Positions 11,281-21,502 of a stretch of DNA of 64,000 nucleotides are shown one piece after another. The position numbers were made by a program, and so were the translations under genes. Every line of letters starts with the position of its first letter. Within the stretch, counting starts at the first letter, position 1. Under the pieces are notes generated by a model. It was not told the DNA's origin. It did not search any database and worked only from the letters and a program-made list of their open reading frames with translations. Source of the DNA: an uncultured beta proteobacterium (GTDB lineage Bacteria; Pseudomonadota; Gammaproteobacteria; Burkholderiales; Eutrophovitaceae); contig CAWBXZ010000001.1 in the NCBI GenBank assembly GCA_963792855.1, positions 154,246 through 218,245 on the forward strand. Direction: 5' to 3'.

Positions 11281-12058
11281 ATGTCATACGCATTGCGGTT
11301 CGCTAGTCTCGGCAGCGGTAGTGGCGGCAATGCCCTTGTGGTCCAGGCAGGCGACGCCATTATCATGCTTGATTGCGGGTTCAGCACTGCGGAGACGACG
11401 CGGCGGCTGGCGTGTCTGGGATTGCGGCCTGATCAGCTCGCGGCCATTGTCGTAACCCATGAACACGACGATCATATCGGTGGTGTTGCGCGCTTTGCGA
11501 GGCGTCATGCCGTTCCGGTCTGGATGTCTCATGGCACCTGGCGTGGCCTGGAGGCGATGTTCGATGGCGTGCAGACACACCTGATCGAAGGCTACGCCGA
11601 TTTTTCGATTGGTGATCTGCTGGTCCAGCCGTTTCCGGTGCCGCACGATGCCCGCGAACCTGCACAGTTCGTGTTTGGTGCCGGCGCGGTTCGTCTCGGC
11701 GTGCTGACCGATACTGGCGAGTCAACCCCTCACATCGAGGCGATGCTGAAAGATTGCGACGGTCTGGTTATCGAGTGCAACCATGACACGGGCCTGCTCG
11801 CCAGTTCGAACTATCCGCCGCGGTTGCGCGCGCGCATAGCCGGTCGTCTGGGCCATCTGGACAATGATGCCGCTGGCCGGCTGCTCTCCCGCAGTTGCCG
11901 GCCCGGGCCTGCGCCACGTTATCGCGGCGCACTTGTCGGAGCAGAACAATACCCCGAGCCTTGCGCAGCAGGCGCTCGCTGGTGTTTTGGGTTGCGACCC
12001 GGACTGGATCGGGATCGCGCGGCAGGATGCCGGTTTCGACTGGCGGGAGCTGGACTAG
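11281..12058 (+). CDS. MBL-fold metallo-hydrolase (YycJ-like), +1 frameshift near 11890
   Basis: LGSGSGGN, THEHDDH, VPHDA, ECNHD and GHLDN in one frame. The C-terminus AHLSEQNN..WRELD* is in the next frame (ORF 11864..12058). Confidence 0.85.
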
Positions 12059-12156
12059 CGCGAGTGGAATTCCGGGGGCGCCGGGTGATGGCGACACGCC
12101 CGAACGCACGTTCTGGCGGCGGGCAGCACGGCACGGATACAGCCGCTGCGGCTGCG

Positions 12157-12648
12157 CTACAGGCCCAGAGTGTTGGCAGTAACGGCGGGTGTCGACGCCT
12201 CCCAGATTTCCTCGAAGCGCTCGACCAGCGTGTGTGCTTCGATCGGGTCATTCTTCGCGAACAGGCCACGTAATTCGTTGAAGTGAAAGCGCCGTACCGA
12301 ATTCTGGTCGTCGGCAACGACAAACGGGTCGTAGACGCCTTTTGCCTGAGACTGCGTTTCGTGGATGGACACTGCGTGGCTGAAGTCGCGCAATAGCTGC
12401 GCCATACGCGGGCAACTGCGCTCCATGGAGGCCGCATTGTGCACGACGATTCTGATACGGTTACGCCGGCTGGCAAGCAGGAAGCTGCGAAACGCCGAAT
12501 GTCGCGCCGAGTCGTTATAGCTCGTTCCGAGTTCTTTCTCGAAGATGCGTAACTCGTGCTGTGCCAACGCGATCACTTCGTTGACGTATTCTTCGTATTG
12601 ATTCCGGCTTGTGAAGTTTGTCTTTTCGGGTAAGAGAGCGTCACTCAC
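12157..12648 (-). CDS. Conserved hypothetical protein
   Basis: Protein-like ORF whose GTG start overlaps the stop of the cupin gene (GTGA). Confidence 0.65.
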   Translation of the reverse strand: MSDALLPEKTNFTSRNQYEEYVNEVIALAQHELRIFEKELGTSYNDSARHSAFRSFLLASRRNRIRIVVHNAASMERSCPRMAQLLRDFSHAVSIHETQSQAKGVYDPFVVADDQNSVRRFHFNELRGLFAKNDPIEAHTLVERFEEIWEASTPAVTANTLGL

Positions 12649-13781
12649 ATTCGACCCCATTCGCCTGTATTGATGTAGCCGCCACGATACCAATTGTAAA
12701 ACGAGCGCAAAGCCACGCCATCGGCGTTTCTCATCTGCCGCGCGCTGAGGCGGCGTTGGTCAGCGAGCGCGATGATGGTCTTGCGTTCGCTCCTTTTCAA
12801 AGCAAACACCTCGCCATTCAGGAACGCGTGCTGGCCATGGAACAACAAGGGCAGGGCAGGATGTACCTCCAGGCCGTTAGCGCGTGCGCGCCGCGAAAAT
12901 TCCCGGTAAGTGATAGCCCGGGGTGGTTGCAGGACGACATGGCTTTTTGGCTCGGACAGGGTACGCCCGAGAAAAATCACCAGCTCGGTGCGGTCCCATT
13001 TGATGCGCGACAATGCGTCGACGACTTCGCGGATCATGTGCTCGCCAAGTTCGGCCGGGTGCCGTTGCGGCCTCGGCTCCGGGTCGGCGTAGCGGCCATC
13101 GATGTGAATCGTGTCGTCCAGATAACCCAGAAACTGGGTCTTGAGCGTTTCATAATCCGGAGACCGGAACCCGATCGAGTAAGTCAGACAAGCGTCGAGC
13201 GCAACCCCGTCATGCGCAAAACGCGGCGGCAGGTATAGCATGTCGCCACGGTTCAGCACACATGTGCCTTCCGCGCGAAAGCGCCTGAGAATCTTCAGTT
13301 CCGAGTCGGGCAGGAGATCAAGATCGGTTTGCGCGCTCACCTGCCACGAACGTTGGCCTTTGCCTTGTAGCAGGAAGACATCGTAGGAGTCGAAATGCGG
13401 ACCGACGCCACCGCCGGGCGCTGCGTAGCTCACCATCAGGTCATCAAGGCGCGCGTAAGGAAGAAAGGAGAAGCGTTTCAGGAGTGCGCGTGCCGCGGGC
13501 AGTGCATGATTGACGCCCTGGACCAGCAGCGTCCAGTTTGTCGGGGGCAGATCACGGAACAGGCGCGCAGGCAATGGCCCGTAGTGCACTTCGCGTGTGC
13601 TACCGGTGGCGACGACGAGACGCGCTTCGCAAAGTTCATGTCTCGCCAGCATGATGAGCTGTTGCGGTGTCAGCAGATCGCGCCAGTCCTGGATGGCCGA
13701 ACGAATCAGCAAGGGTTGCCTGTGCCAGTGCCGTTTCAGGAACAACGACGGCGAGAGCCCGCCCAGTAACATCTTGTTCAT
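12645..13781 (-). CDS. roxA: JmjC/cupin oxygenase, YcfD/RoxA-like (ribosomal protein uL16 hydroxylase)
   Basis: RLDDLMVSYAAPGGGVGPHFDSYDVFLLQG, GDMLYLPP..AHDG, YSIGFR. Confidence 0.85.
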   Translation of the reverse strand: MNKMLLGGLSPSLFLKRHWHRQPLLIRSAIQDWRDLLTPQQLIMLARHELCEARLVVATGSTREVHYGPLPARLFRDLPPTNWTLLVQGVNHALPAARALLKRFSFLPYARLDDLMVSYAAPGGGVGPHFDSYDVFLLQGKGQRSWQVSAQTDLDLLPDSELKILRRFRAEGTCVLNRGDMLYLPPRFAHDGVALDACLTYSIGFRSPDYETLKTQFLGYLDDTIHIDGRYADPEPRPQRHPAELGEHMIREVVDALSRIKWDRTELVIFLGRTLSEPKSHVVLQPPRAITYREFSRRARANGLEVHPALPLLFHGQHAFLNGEVFALKRSERKTIIALADQRRLSARQMRNADGVALRSFYNWYRGGYINTGEWGRM

Positions 13782-13881
13782 TTGAAAAGTATAGCTGTCT
13801 GTAGTCTTCATCATCGCCACTTTGCTGGCGGCGCGCCTATTTCAGTTAAAATCCTGCAAGCACTTCGCTGGAGTCGTTACG

Positions 13882-14349
13882 ATGTTAAAAGTTGGTCAAT
13901 CAGCGCCTGCTTTCGAAATCCCCGATGCGGACATGAATCTGGTTCGTTTGTCGGATTTTCTCGGGAAGAAGCATGTCGTCGTTTATTTCTATCCCAAAGA
14001 CGATACGCCGGGTTGCACTACCGAGGCGATAGAATTCAGCGACGCGGAAGACGACTTCGCTGGTGCTGACACTGTGGTTCTCGGTGTCAGCCGCGATGAT
14101 TGCCTGACGCATGGCGCGTTTCGTGACAAGCATGGGTTGAGCGTGACCTTGCTGTCAGACACGGATGGCGAGGTCTGCGAAGCTTTCGGCGTCATGGTGG
14201 ATCGCGAAGTGGAAGGATTGGGGACGAGGCGTGTCATGATGCGCTCGACGTTCATTATCGACAAACAAGGCGTGCTGCGTGACGCTTTCTATGGCGTTAA
14301 TCCGCGGGGGCATGCCGTGGAAATACTCGCGCGAGTAAAGGAGCTCTAA
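13882..14349 (+). CDS. bcp: Peroxiredoxin, BCP family
   Basis: YFYPKDDTPGCTTEA, RSTFIID. Confidence 0.92.
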   Translation: MLKVGQSAPAFEIPDADMNLVRLSDFLGKKHVVVYFYPKDDTPGCTTEAIEFSDAEDDFAGADTVVLGVSRDDCLTHGAFRDKHGLSVTLLSDTDGEVCEAFGVMVDREVEGLGTRRVMMRSTFIIDKQGVLRDAFYGVNPRGHAVEILARVKEL

Positions 14350-14353
14350 CAAC

Positions 14354-14833
14354 ATGCAGATTGCGAGAGACACAGTGGTATCGATCGACTATGAACTGTC
14401 GGATGCGGCGGGCAAGCTCATAGAGAAGACGCAGTCCCCGATCAGCTACTTGCATGGCGGTTATCAGGGCATTTTCCCGATGGTGGAAGATGCACTTGAC
14501 GGCAAACGGGCGGGGGATGCCTGCGAAGTGCGCCTGGAGCCGGACGATGCGTTCGGCGACTATGACGAGAAGCTGGTGCGCGTCGAGCCGATCGAGCGCT
14601 TTCCGGAGAATGTGTCCGTGGGGATGCAGTTCGAGGGATCGCCGGAGGGGTCGGAGCATGTCTCGATATACACGGTCACGGAAATTGCGGACGGCAAGGT
14701 TGTCGTCGATGGCAATCATCCTCTTGCCGGAAGGTCTCTGGTGTTCAATTGCACCGTTACAGAGGTGCGCAAAGCGACAGAAGAAGAACTCTCTCACCAG
14801 CATGTGCACGGCGAGGGCGGACATCATCACTGA
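14354..14833 (+). CDS. slyD: FKBP-type peptidyl-prolyl isomerase SlyD
   Basis: YLHGG, VDGNHPLAG, His-rich tail HVHGEGGHHH. Confidence 0.92.
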   Translation: MQIARDTVVSIDYELSDAAGKLIEKTQSPISYLHGGYQGIFPMVEDALDGKRAGDACEVRLEPDDAFGDYDEKLVRVEPIERFPENVSVGMQFEGSPEGSEHVSIYTVTEIADGKVVVDGNHPLAGRSLVFNCTVTEVRKATEEELSHQHVHGEGGHHH

Positions 14834-14873
14834 AGTAAAGTGATGCCTTCGCCTTGTTCGGGGGTACTGTCCT

Positions 14874-15674
14874 TCAGCGCTGTTTGCCGGTCAGGACATG
14901 TATCATCGGCTCGTAGGCCGACTCCCTGGAAAAGCGCCAGCTGGCAATCGCCACTGCCACGAGAGTGAATCCGGTAAGCACGGCGAAATCAGTCGTGAGT
15001 GCGAAATCCGCTGCCATTACCCCCGGGCCCATCGTGGCATGCTTGAGCAAATCGACGCCATAGGTGTAGGGATTGACCGTGGCCACCCACCTGAGTACCT
15101 CCGGGAGGTTCTGTACCGGGTACAAGGAACCGCTGAGGAAGAACACCGGAAAGATTACGAAATTCATGATCGCGGCAAAATTGTCGAGGGTGCGCGTGAA
15201 AGACGCGGTGAGGATGCCGATTCCTGCGCAGGCAAGCGACGTGATGACCAAACCGCCGGCAAGGAGCACGAAGTTGGTTTTGGAGCCGATGTATCCGAGC
15301 AGCGCGAGTAACACGATCAGAATCAGGGCCTGGAGGACGGCTGCAAGTGCTGCAGACAGCACTTTGGCAATGACGATCCAGAAGTGGGGCAGTGGCGCGA
15401 TGATCATCATGCGCATGACGCCGGATTCCTTGTCATAGACCGTGGTCAATGCCGCCAGCATGGCGCCGAACAGCATGGTCATGCCGATGACGCCGGCAAC
15501 CAGGAATGACTGATAGGGAATACCGCGCGAGTCCCCGATCACGGTGCCAAATCCCGCGCCGATAACAAATAACCAGATCAACGGGCGCACCATGGCCGAT
15601 ACGAGTCGCGTTTTCTGCCGCAACATGCGCAGTACTTCGCGTTCAAGAACGGCGTAGATTGGCCGCGCGATCAT
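14874..15674 (-). CDS. ABC-2 type transporter permease (PedC-like)
   Basis: About six hydrophobic segments; RLVSAMVRPLIWL, PVFFLSGSLYP, NPYTYGVD; ATGA overlap with the ATPase. Confidence 0.85.
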   Translation of the reverse strand: MIARPIYAVLEREVLRMLRQKTRLVSAMVRPLIWLFVIGAGFGTVIGDSRGIPYQSFLVAGVIGMTMLFGAMLAALTTVYDKESGVMRMMIIAPLPHFWIVIAKVLSAALAAVLQALILIVLLALLGYIGSKTNFVLLAGGLVITSLACAGIGILTASFTRTLDNFAAIMNFVIFPVFFLSGSLYPVQNLPEVLRWVATVNPYTYGVDLLKHATMGPGVMAADFALTTDFAVLTGFTLVAVAIASWRFSRESAYEPMIHVLTGKQR

Positions 15675-16624
15675 GATCTGAGCGCCTTGCCCGCAGAGAT
15701 CCACATGAACACGTCGTTCAGGTTCGGGCGCCGCACGCGCCAGGCTGTCGTTTTCTCTCCGACTTCCGATTGCAGGTTTGCAAGCGTGGCTATTTCTTCC
15801 GCGCCGTGGCGGAAGAACGCGACATCTCCGTCGACCAGGCATTCGCCGAGTTTTGGTTCCAGGTGTTTGCGCAATGCGTCAAGATCCTGCGCTTCGACTT
15901 CCAGGATATGTTGCCCCAGTCTCGCAACCAGGTCTTGCGGATTGCCTTCTTCTACCAGCTTGCCCTTGCGTACAAATACCACTCGGTCGCACGGATACGC
16001 TTCTTCCAGGTAATGAGTGGTCAGCAAAACGGTCATGCCGGTTCGGGCACGCAGTCGCTCGATAAAGCGCCAGATGCGCCGGCGGTTGGGGAGATCGAGA
16101 CCGATGGTGGGTTCATCGAGGAACAGTACACGAGGTTCGTGCAGCACGCCACGCACGATGTCCAGTGCGCGGCGCATGCCGCCCGAAAGAGTCGCGACCG
16201 GCTTGTCGCGCCGGTCTGTCATTTCAAACAATTCGAGCAACTCCGCAGAGCGCTGGTCACTGATGGCTGGCGGCAGGTTATACAGGCGCCCGGCGAAACG
16301 CAGGTTCTCCCTGACCGTCAGGGTGCGGTCGAGAGCTGATTCCTGAAACACGAGGCCGATCTGGCGGCGTGCCTGGACCGGGTGCCGCGAAACATCGACC
16401 TCACCGATTCGCACGCGTCCCTCTGTCGGTCTGACCAGCGTCGCCAGCATGTGGATGGTCGTTGTCTTGCCGGAACCGTTGGGGCCGAGGAGCCCAAAAA
16501 ACTGTCCGGCTGGAATTTCCAGATCGAGGCCGTCCACAGCGGTGACGTTGCCGTAGCGCTTAACGAGTCCGGCCGCGGAGATCGCGGCCGGAGAAGCGGG
16601 TTCGTCGATCGCGTTGGCGATCAT
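15671..16624 (-). CDS. ABC transporter ATP-binding protein (DrrA/PedB-like)
   Basis: GPNGSGKT, LSGGM, LFLDEPT, TTHY; ATGA overlap with the pqqE stop. Confidence 0.92.
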   Translation of the reverse strand: MIANAIDEPASPAAISAAGLVKRYGNVTAVDGLDLEIPAGQFFGLLGPNGSGKTTTIHMLATLVRPTEGRVRIGEVDVSRHPVQARRQIGLVFQESALDRTLTVRENLRFAGRLYNLPPAISDQRSAELLELFEMTDRRDKPVATLSGGMRRALDIVRGVLHEPRVLFLDEPTIGLDLPNRRRIWRFIERLRARTGMTVLLTTHYLEEAYPCDRVVFVRKGKLVEEGNPQDLVARLGQHILEVEAQDLDALRKHLEPKLGECLVDGDVAFFRHGAEEIATLANLQSEVGEKTTAWRVRRPNLNDVFMWISAGKALRS

Positions 16625-17811
16625 GTAACTGGCGTGGTGTTGTTCCGGGGTGCAGGCTCTGCTGAATCACGGGCGGCCAGTTTGCGCGAGTTCTTGTCAT
16701 CGCGGAACATGATGATTTTTTTGACCTCTGCCGCCGGTGGTTGTGGCTGCTGTGCGAGTTCGACCTGCTCGGTGACGAGTTGGTGGTAAGGTGACTTGTC
16801 ACATACCGGATCGGCATTGGTGGCATCGCCGGTCAGCATGAAAGCCTGGCAGCGGCAGCCGCCGAAGTCCTTGGTTTTCTCCGAACAACTCCTGCACGGT
16901 TCCTGCATCCATTCGTCGCCGCGATATGCCGCGAATCCGGGAGACTCCTGCCAGATCCAGCGCACGTCGTGGTCACGCACGTTCGGGAATTCGAGACCGG
17001 GCAGCATCCGCGCTTCGTGGCATGGCAGCGCCAGCCCGTCTGCCGCGACGTTGAGAAACGTCGTTGCCCAGCCGTTCATGCACGCTTTGGGGCGGTCGGC
17101 GTAATAGTCCGGCACGACAAAATACACCTTCATCTTGTTGCCGACGCGTTCGCGAAAGCGATTGGTGATCTCTTCGGCGCGTTCCAGTTGCGGCCGGCTG
17201 GGCATCAGGTGCTTGCGGTTTTCCATCGCCCAGGCGTAATACTGGCTGTTTGCCAGTTCGACGTGCTCGGCGCCCATGGCTTCTGCCATGTTCAGAATCT
17301 CTTCGATATGGTCGATGTTGAGGCGGTGCAGGACCACGTTGAGCACCATCGGATACTCGTACTCCTTGATCAGCTTTGCCACCTTTGACTTCAGATCGAA
17401 GGTGCGCGTGCTCGACAGGAAGTCATTCAGCTCTTTGGTGGAATCCTGAAAGGACAGCTGTATCTGGCCAAGGCCGCCTTCCTTGAAAGCGGCGATGCGT
17501 TTCTCTGTCAGACCGATTCCCGAGGTGATCAGGTTGACGTAGTAACCCATCTTGCTGGTTTCTGCCACCATGATCTCGACGTCGTCGCGCATCAATGGTT
17601 CGCCGCCGGAAATGCCCAGTTGCACAGCGCCAAGTTCGCGCGCCTCGCGAAAGGTCTTGAGCCATTCTTCGGTGGTCAATTCCGGACCGAACGTGGCGTA
17701 GTCCACCGGGTTGTAACAGAACACACAGTGCAACGGGCACTTGTAGGTGATCTCGGCGTTAACCCAGAGCGGGCCGTTAACTTTCTTGCTGTCGGATCCA
17801 GCCTTTTGCAT
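16621..17811 (-). CDS. pqqE: PqqA peptide cyclase, radical SAM/SPASM
   Basis: EITYKCPLHCVFCYNP, SGGEPL, PKACMNGW, ALPCH, CRSC..DFGGCRCQAF..DPVC. Confidence 0.96.
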   Translation of the reverse strand: MQKAGSDSKKVNGPLWVNAEITYKCPLHCVFCYNPVDYATFGPELTTEEWLKTFREARELGAVQLGISGGEPLMRDDVEIMVAETSKMGYYVNLITSGIGLTEKRIAAFKEGGLGQIQLSFQDSTKELNDFLSSTRTFDLKSKVAKLIKEYEYPMVLNVVLHRLNIDHIEEILNMAEAMGAEHVELANSQYYAWAMENRKHLMPSRPQLERAEEITNRFRERVGNKMKVYFVVPDYYADRPKACMNGWATTFLNVAADGLALPCHEARMLPGLEFPNVRDHDVRWIWQESPGFAAYRGDEWMQEPCRSCSEKTKDFGGCRCQAFMLTGDATNADPVCDKSPYHQLVTEQVELAQQPQPPAAEVKKIIMFRDDKNSRKLAARDSAEPAPRNNTTPVT

Positions 17812-18073
17812 ATGCTGCCTCCAGAAAATCGATCACATCCTGGCGCAAATCCGCGCCCGGAAAGGCGGTCTCGAGATCGGCAACGATCTGCGATACCGTT
17901 TTGCTGCCATCCACCCGCTTCATGATCTCGCCGGAACTGCCCGGCAATTTCACCATGCCTTCCGGATAAAGCAGCACGAAGCTGTCTTGCGCCGGTTCCC
18001 ACTGGAATCGGTACTGCTTGACCAATGCGACTTTCAGGTTCTCCGAAAGTTTTTGTCCGGACGAATCACTCAT
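17777..18073 (-). CDS. pqqD: PqqA peptide chaperone
   Basis: [25 protein letters not shown]; lies between pqqC and pqqE. Confidence 0.94.
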   Translation of the reverse strand: MSDSSGQKLSENLKVALVKQYRFQWEPAQDSFVLLYPEGMVKLPGSSGEIMKRVDGSKTVSQIVADLETAFPGADLRQDVIDFLEAAYAKGWIRQQES

Positions 18074-18809
18074 CGGGCATCCTTTGGATGGCTCCGGTCT
18101 TTTCCTTGCCAATGCCGTAGGTAACCTGCATCGAATCCAGCATGGTCCAGAGCACATCGAGCTTGAACTGCAGTATTTCCAGCGCCCGTTCCTGCTGTTC
18201 ACGCGTGCGGAAATGGTCGAGCGTCACGCGCAGCCCATGTTCGACGTCGCGGCGAGCCTCGGTCAAACGTTTGCGGAAGTAGGCGTAGCCGGTTGGCTCA
18301 ATCCACGGGTAATGCTGTGGCCAGGTGTCCAGCCGCTTTTGATGAATCGTTGGCGCGAACAATTCGGTCAGCGACGAGCAGACCGCTTCCTGCCAGGGCG
18401 CGCTGCGTGTGAAGTTTACGTACGCGTCAACTGCGAAGCGCACACCGGGCAGCACGTGCTTCAATGACATGACGTCGTCGCGCTTCAGTCCGACGGCATC
18501 GCCCAGCGCCAGCCAGGCCTCGATGCCGCCCTCGTCGCCTTCGTGCCCGTCATGGTCGAGGATGCGTTGTATCCACAGGCGGCGATGGTCGCGATCGGGC
18601 ATGTTGGCGAGTACGCCAGCGTCCTTGATCGGTATCTTGATCTGATAATAAAAGCGATTGATCACCCAACCGCGAACCTGTTCCTCGGTACACTTGCCGC
18701 CGTTCATCGCAATGTGGAACGGATGGTAAATGTGATAGCGCTTGTCCTTGGCGCGCAGTCTTTGTTCGAATTCTTCCTTGCTCCAGGGCATTGTCTCGGC
18801 GGCACCCAT
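18066..18809 (-). CDS. pqqC: Pyrroloquinoline-quinone synthase
   Basis: [44 protein letters not shown]. Confidence 0.96.
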   Translation of the reverse strand: MGAAETMPWSKEEFEQRLRAKDKRYHIYHPFHIAMNGGKCTEEQVRGWVINRFYYQIKIPIKDAGVLANMPDRDHRRLWIQRILDHDGHEGDEGGIEAWLALGDAVGLKRDDVMSLKHVLPGVRFAVDAYVNFTRSAPWQEAVCSSLTELFAPTIHQKRLDTWPQHYPWIEPTGYAYFRKRLTEARRDVEHGLRVTLDHFRTREQQERALEILQFKLDVLWTMLDSMQVTYGIGKEKTGAIQRMPDE

Positions 18810-18835
18810 ATTTTTCTCCTTACGGCTCCAAACGC

Positions 18836-19753
18836 TCAGATTCTGATGTCCATGCCGTCGAACGAAATCTCGATATTCTCGCTCTCGAGTTGACGGCGCT
18901 CATCCGAATCTTCCCGAAGAATCGGGTTGGTATTGTTGATGTGTATCAGGATCTTGCGTTTCGCCTTGAGCGGGCGAAGCGTTTCAATCATGCCGCCTGG
19001 GCCGGACTGCGGCATGTGGCCCATGTCCAGTGCCATCTTGTTGGCAATGCCGAGCCTGGCCATTTCGTCGTTGGTCCAGGTGGTGCCGTCGACCAGCAGA
19101 CAATCCGCTTCTTCCATGAAGGGTTTGACATGGGGTTCGACTTCGGCGAGTCCCGGCGCATAAAACAGTTTCTTTCCGCTGCGCGTGTCCGTGATCCGCA
19201 TGCCGATGTTGTCGCCTTCGTGAGGATCATTCCGGTGCGGGGAGTAGGGCGGTGCCTTGCTACTCAGGGGCACAGCGGTGAATTCAAGGTTGTCGATACC
19301 GACTGCGGAGAACTTGTTGCCCGAATTCGTTGGAATCTGGTGCCAGTTCACGCCGCAGTAATGTTCCAGGATCTTCAGCAACGGATTGCCGGTGGTGAGA
19401 TCCTCATATGCCATGTCGGTACAGTAGAGTTCCAGCGGGGTCTTGCCTTCGCGCAGCATCAGGAGCCCGGTGGTGTGATCGATCTGTGCATCCATCAGGA
19501 ACACCGAGCGTACCGCAGTGTCCCTTATGGCTCGTGCCGGCTGAAGTTCCGGAAAGGAGCGAAACTGCGTCAGGATGTCGGGGGATGCATTAAACAACGC
19601 CCAGTTGGTGTCGTCGCCCGAGACGGCGATCGACGATTGCGTGCGCGCCTTCGCGTTGATGGTCCCTTTGCGCAAGCCGTCACAGTTGGGGCAGTTGCAG
19701 TTCCACTGGGGAAATCCTCCACCAGCGGCCGATCCGAGCACTCTGATTCGCAT
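18836..19753 (-). CDS. pqqB: PQQ biosynthesis hydroxylase PqqB
   Basis: [40 protein letters not shown]. Confidence 0.96.
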   Translation of the reverse strand: MRIRVLGSAAGGGFPQWNCNCPNCDGLRKGTINAKARTQSSIAVSGDDTNWALFNASPDILTQFRSFPELQPARAIRDTAVRSVFLMDAQIDHTTGLLMLREGKTPLELYCTDMAYEDLTTGNPLLKILEHYCGVNWHQIPTNSGNKFSAVGIDNLEFTAVPLSSKAPPYSPHRNDPHEGDNIGMRITDTRSGKKLFYAPGLAEVEPHVKPFMEEADCLLVDGTTWTNDEMARLGIANKMALDMGHMPQSGPGGMIETLRPLKAKRKILIHINNTNPILREDSDERRQLESENIEISFDGMDIRI

Positions 19754-19783
19754 GATGAGTTTGTGATGCGTTGATTGTGGATG

Positions 19784-19813
19784 AAAAAAACGAAAGCCCC
19801 TGACGGGGCTTTC
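19784..19813 (-). terminator. Intrinsic terminator/attenuator hairpin between pqqA1 and pqqB
   Basis: Minus strand GAAAGCCCC-GTCA-GGGGCTTTC followed by GTTTTTTT. Confidence 0.85.
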
Positions 19814-19832
19814 ATTCTGCACTTCGCCGCGA

Positions 19833-19904
19833 TTAGCGGTTGGCGATGTACATCGTTACTTCGAATCCGAAGCGCATTTCGCTGTACTCAGGCTTGGTCC
19901 ACAT
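19833..19904 (-). CDS. pqqA: PQQ precursor peptide, copy 1 (absent from the ORF track)
   Basis: [23 protein letters not shown], with the E-x3-Y core and a GGAG RBS; upstream of pqqB. Confidence 0.97.
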   Translation of the reverse strand: MWTKPEYSEMRFGFEVTMYIANR

Positions 19905-20123
19905 GTGATTGATCTCCAAATTATCAGGTTGATGGATACTCTTTCGGACATTCGACGATGAACTCTCGCTTTTTGCCCGGGTTTCAGCTTCAACCGCCTG
20001 TCAAACCTGCGCCAACTCGACCGAGTCAAGACTGCAGGATTCAGGGCGAATGCTTCTGACTGACCCCGGGAGCTATTGTCGATTCCCGGCCGTTTCGGTG
20101 CCGCAGAAAAATCAGCAAAACCC

Positions 20124-20142
20124 TCTCATGATTATCATGAGA
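20124..20142. promoter_or_regulatory. Perfect 9-1-9 palindrome in the divergent pqqA1/tonB promoter region
   Basis: TCTCATGAT-T-ATCATGAGA; a near copy lies upstream of pqqA2. Confidence 0.7.
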
Positions 20143-20190
20143 TTTGGACCGAAACTTTACTCGGCTCAACAGCTTGCATAGTCTTGCAAA

Positions 20191-21483
20191 ATGACATCAG
20201 TGACTTTCGGGGAGACCGGTCCGGCCCTCGATCCATTTGTTTCCTGGTACCGCGAGAGGCCAACCCAGTTGGCATTTGCGGTGTCACTGCTGTTGCACGC
20301 GCTGGTGATCGCGCTCATTCCCGGGTTTCGATCAGTCCCGCTGGAAACGCCGAGCGTATTGACAGTCCGGATCGTCGAAAACGAAATCGTGGCAGAGCGA
20401 TCACCGCAGCCCGTGACGGAGGTGCCGGAGCGGGTGCAGCCGCCACAGCCGCTATCGCCTCCGGAATTCTTGCCCCCGGTTCCGCAACCGAGAGTCGTCG
20501 AACAGGAGCCGGTCAGGCCTCGCCAGGCGCTCGAGCCGCAGCCCGCGCCCCTATTGCGGCAACCGGAACAACCGATGGTGGAGCCGGTCGACCGACCGCA
20601 GCTTGCGCCTGCCGTCCCGCGCCAAAGAACGCAAGTGCAACCCGAAATTCTCACGCGGCCGACGCTGACCCCGAACCAGCCGCTTGCCCCCGTCGTCCGG
20701 CAAGAGCCTGTAGCACCGCTTGAAGCGCCACCCCAGCAGATCACGGAAGTCCGCCGCCAGCCGCGGGTGGTCAGACCGGTGCCGGTCGAGGCACAACGCC
20801 CGGATGTCGCGCCATCCGTCACACCACCAGTACAGATTCAGCAACAGCGGGTCGAGCGGCCTGAGGCCCCGCCCCAGCAAATTGCCGAAGTTCGGCGCGA
20901 GCCGCGGGTCGTAACTCCGGCCCCGTCCCGGCCGCTACCGGATGCCCCACCGCCGGCCGTATCGCCAGTGCGGATTCAGCAACCCGCTTCAGCCCAGGCG
21001 GCGCCGGCTCAGCCGGTGCCAGCCGAGCCGGTGCCGGTTGAACGGACGAAGCCGCAGGCGGCCGCCGCGGCAGCGCCGCCAGCCAGCGTCGCGGCAAGGC
21101 CGAGTGTGCCGGTGCCGGCCGCGGCTCCGGTGGTCGCGGCGCCCCCCCCGCCCGTACCTGCCCCGGCACCTGCGAAGCCGGTAGTCGAGGCAGTCGAGCC
21201 GTCGGTGCTGGAGGCCTACCGGAATTCGGTGTCGCAGGAAGTCATGAAGCACATGAGTTATCCACGCGTCGCTGTCCGGCGCAAGTGGGAGGGAAAAACG
21301 ATCGTCGAGATGCAGTTGTCGGCGGAAGGCGATGTCACCCAGCTCAGTGTTGCCGAGTCCAGCGGAAAGGATGTGCTTGATGAGGCGGCAGTTGCAATGG
21401 TCCGGCGATCACTACCGTTGCCGAAACCGCCGCCAGGCGTGCGTTCGGTCAGGGTGCCGGTGGTATTCAGGCTACAGGGTTGA
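20191..21483 (+). CDS. tonB: TonB-family energy transducer with a long Pro/Gln-rich linker
   Basis: N-terminal TM with SLLLH motif, Pro-rich linker, C-terminal YPRVA..EG..SSG..LDEAA. Confidence 0.88.
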   Translation: MTSVTFGETGPALDPFVSWYRERPTQLAFAVSLLLHALVIALIPGFRSVPLETPSVLTVRIVENEIVAERSPQPVTEVPERVQPPQPLSPPEFLPPVPQPRVVEQEPVRPRQALEPQPAPLLRQPEQPMVEPVDRPQLAPAVPRQRTQVQPEILTRPTLTPNQPLAPVVRQEPVAPLEAPPQQITEVRRQPRVVRPVPVEAQRPDVAPSVTPPVQIQQQRVERPEAPPQQIAEVRREPRVVTPAPSRPLPDAPPPAVSPVRIQQPASAQAAPAQPVPAEPVPVERTKPQAAAAAAPPASVAARPSVPVPAAAPVVAAPPPPVPAPAPAKPVVEAVEPSVLEAYRNSVSQEVMKHMSYPRVAVRRKWEGKTIVEMQLSAEGDVTQLSVAESSGKDVLDEAAVAMVRRSLPLPKPPPGVRSVRVPVVFRLQG

Positions 21484-21502
21484 TCACGCCCGAACCCCTT
21501 GC

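Noticed and set aside
11281-12273. 330-aa MBL protein overlapping the convergent gene
   Set aside because: The extension comes from the frameshift; the family-like C-terminus ends at 12058.
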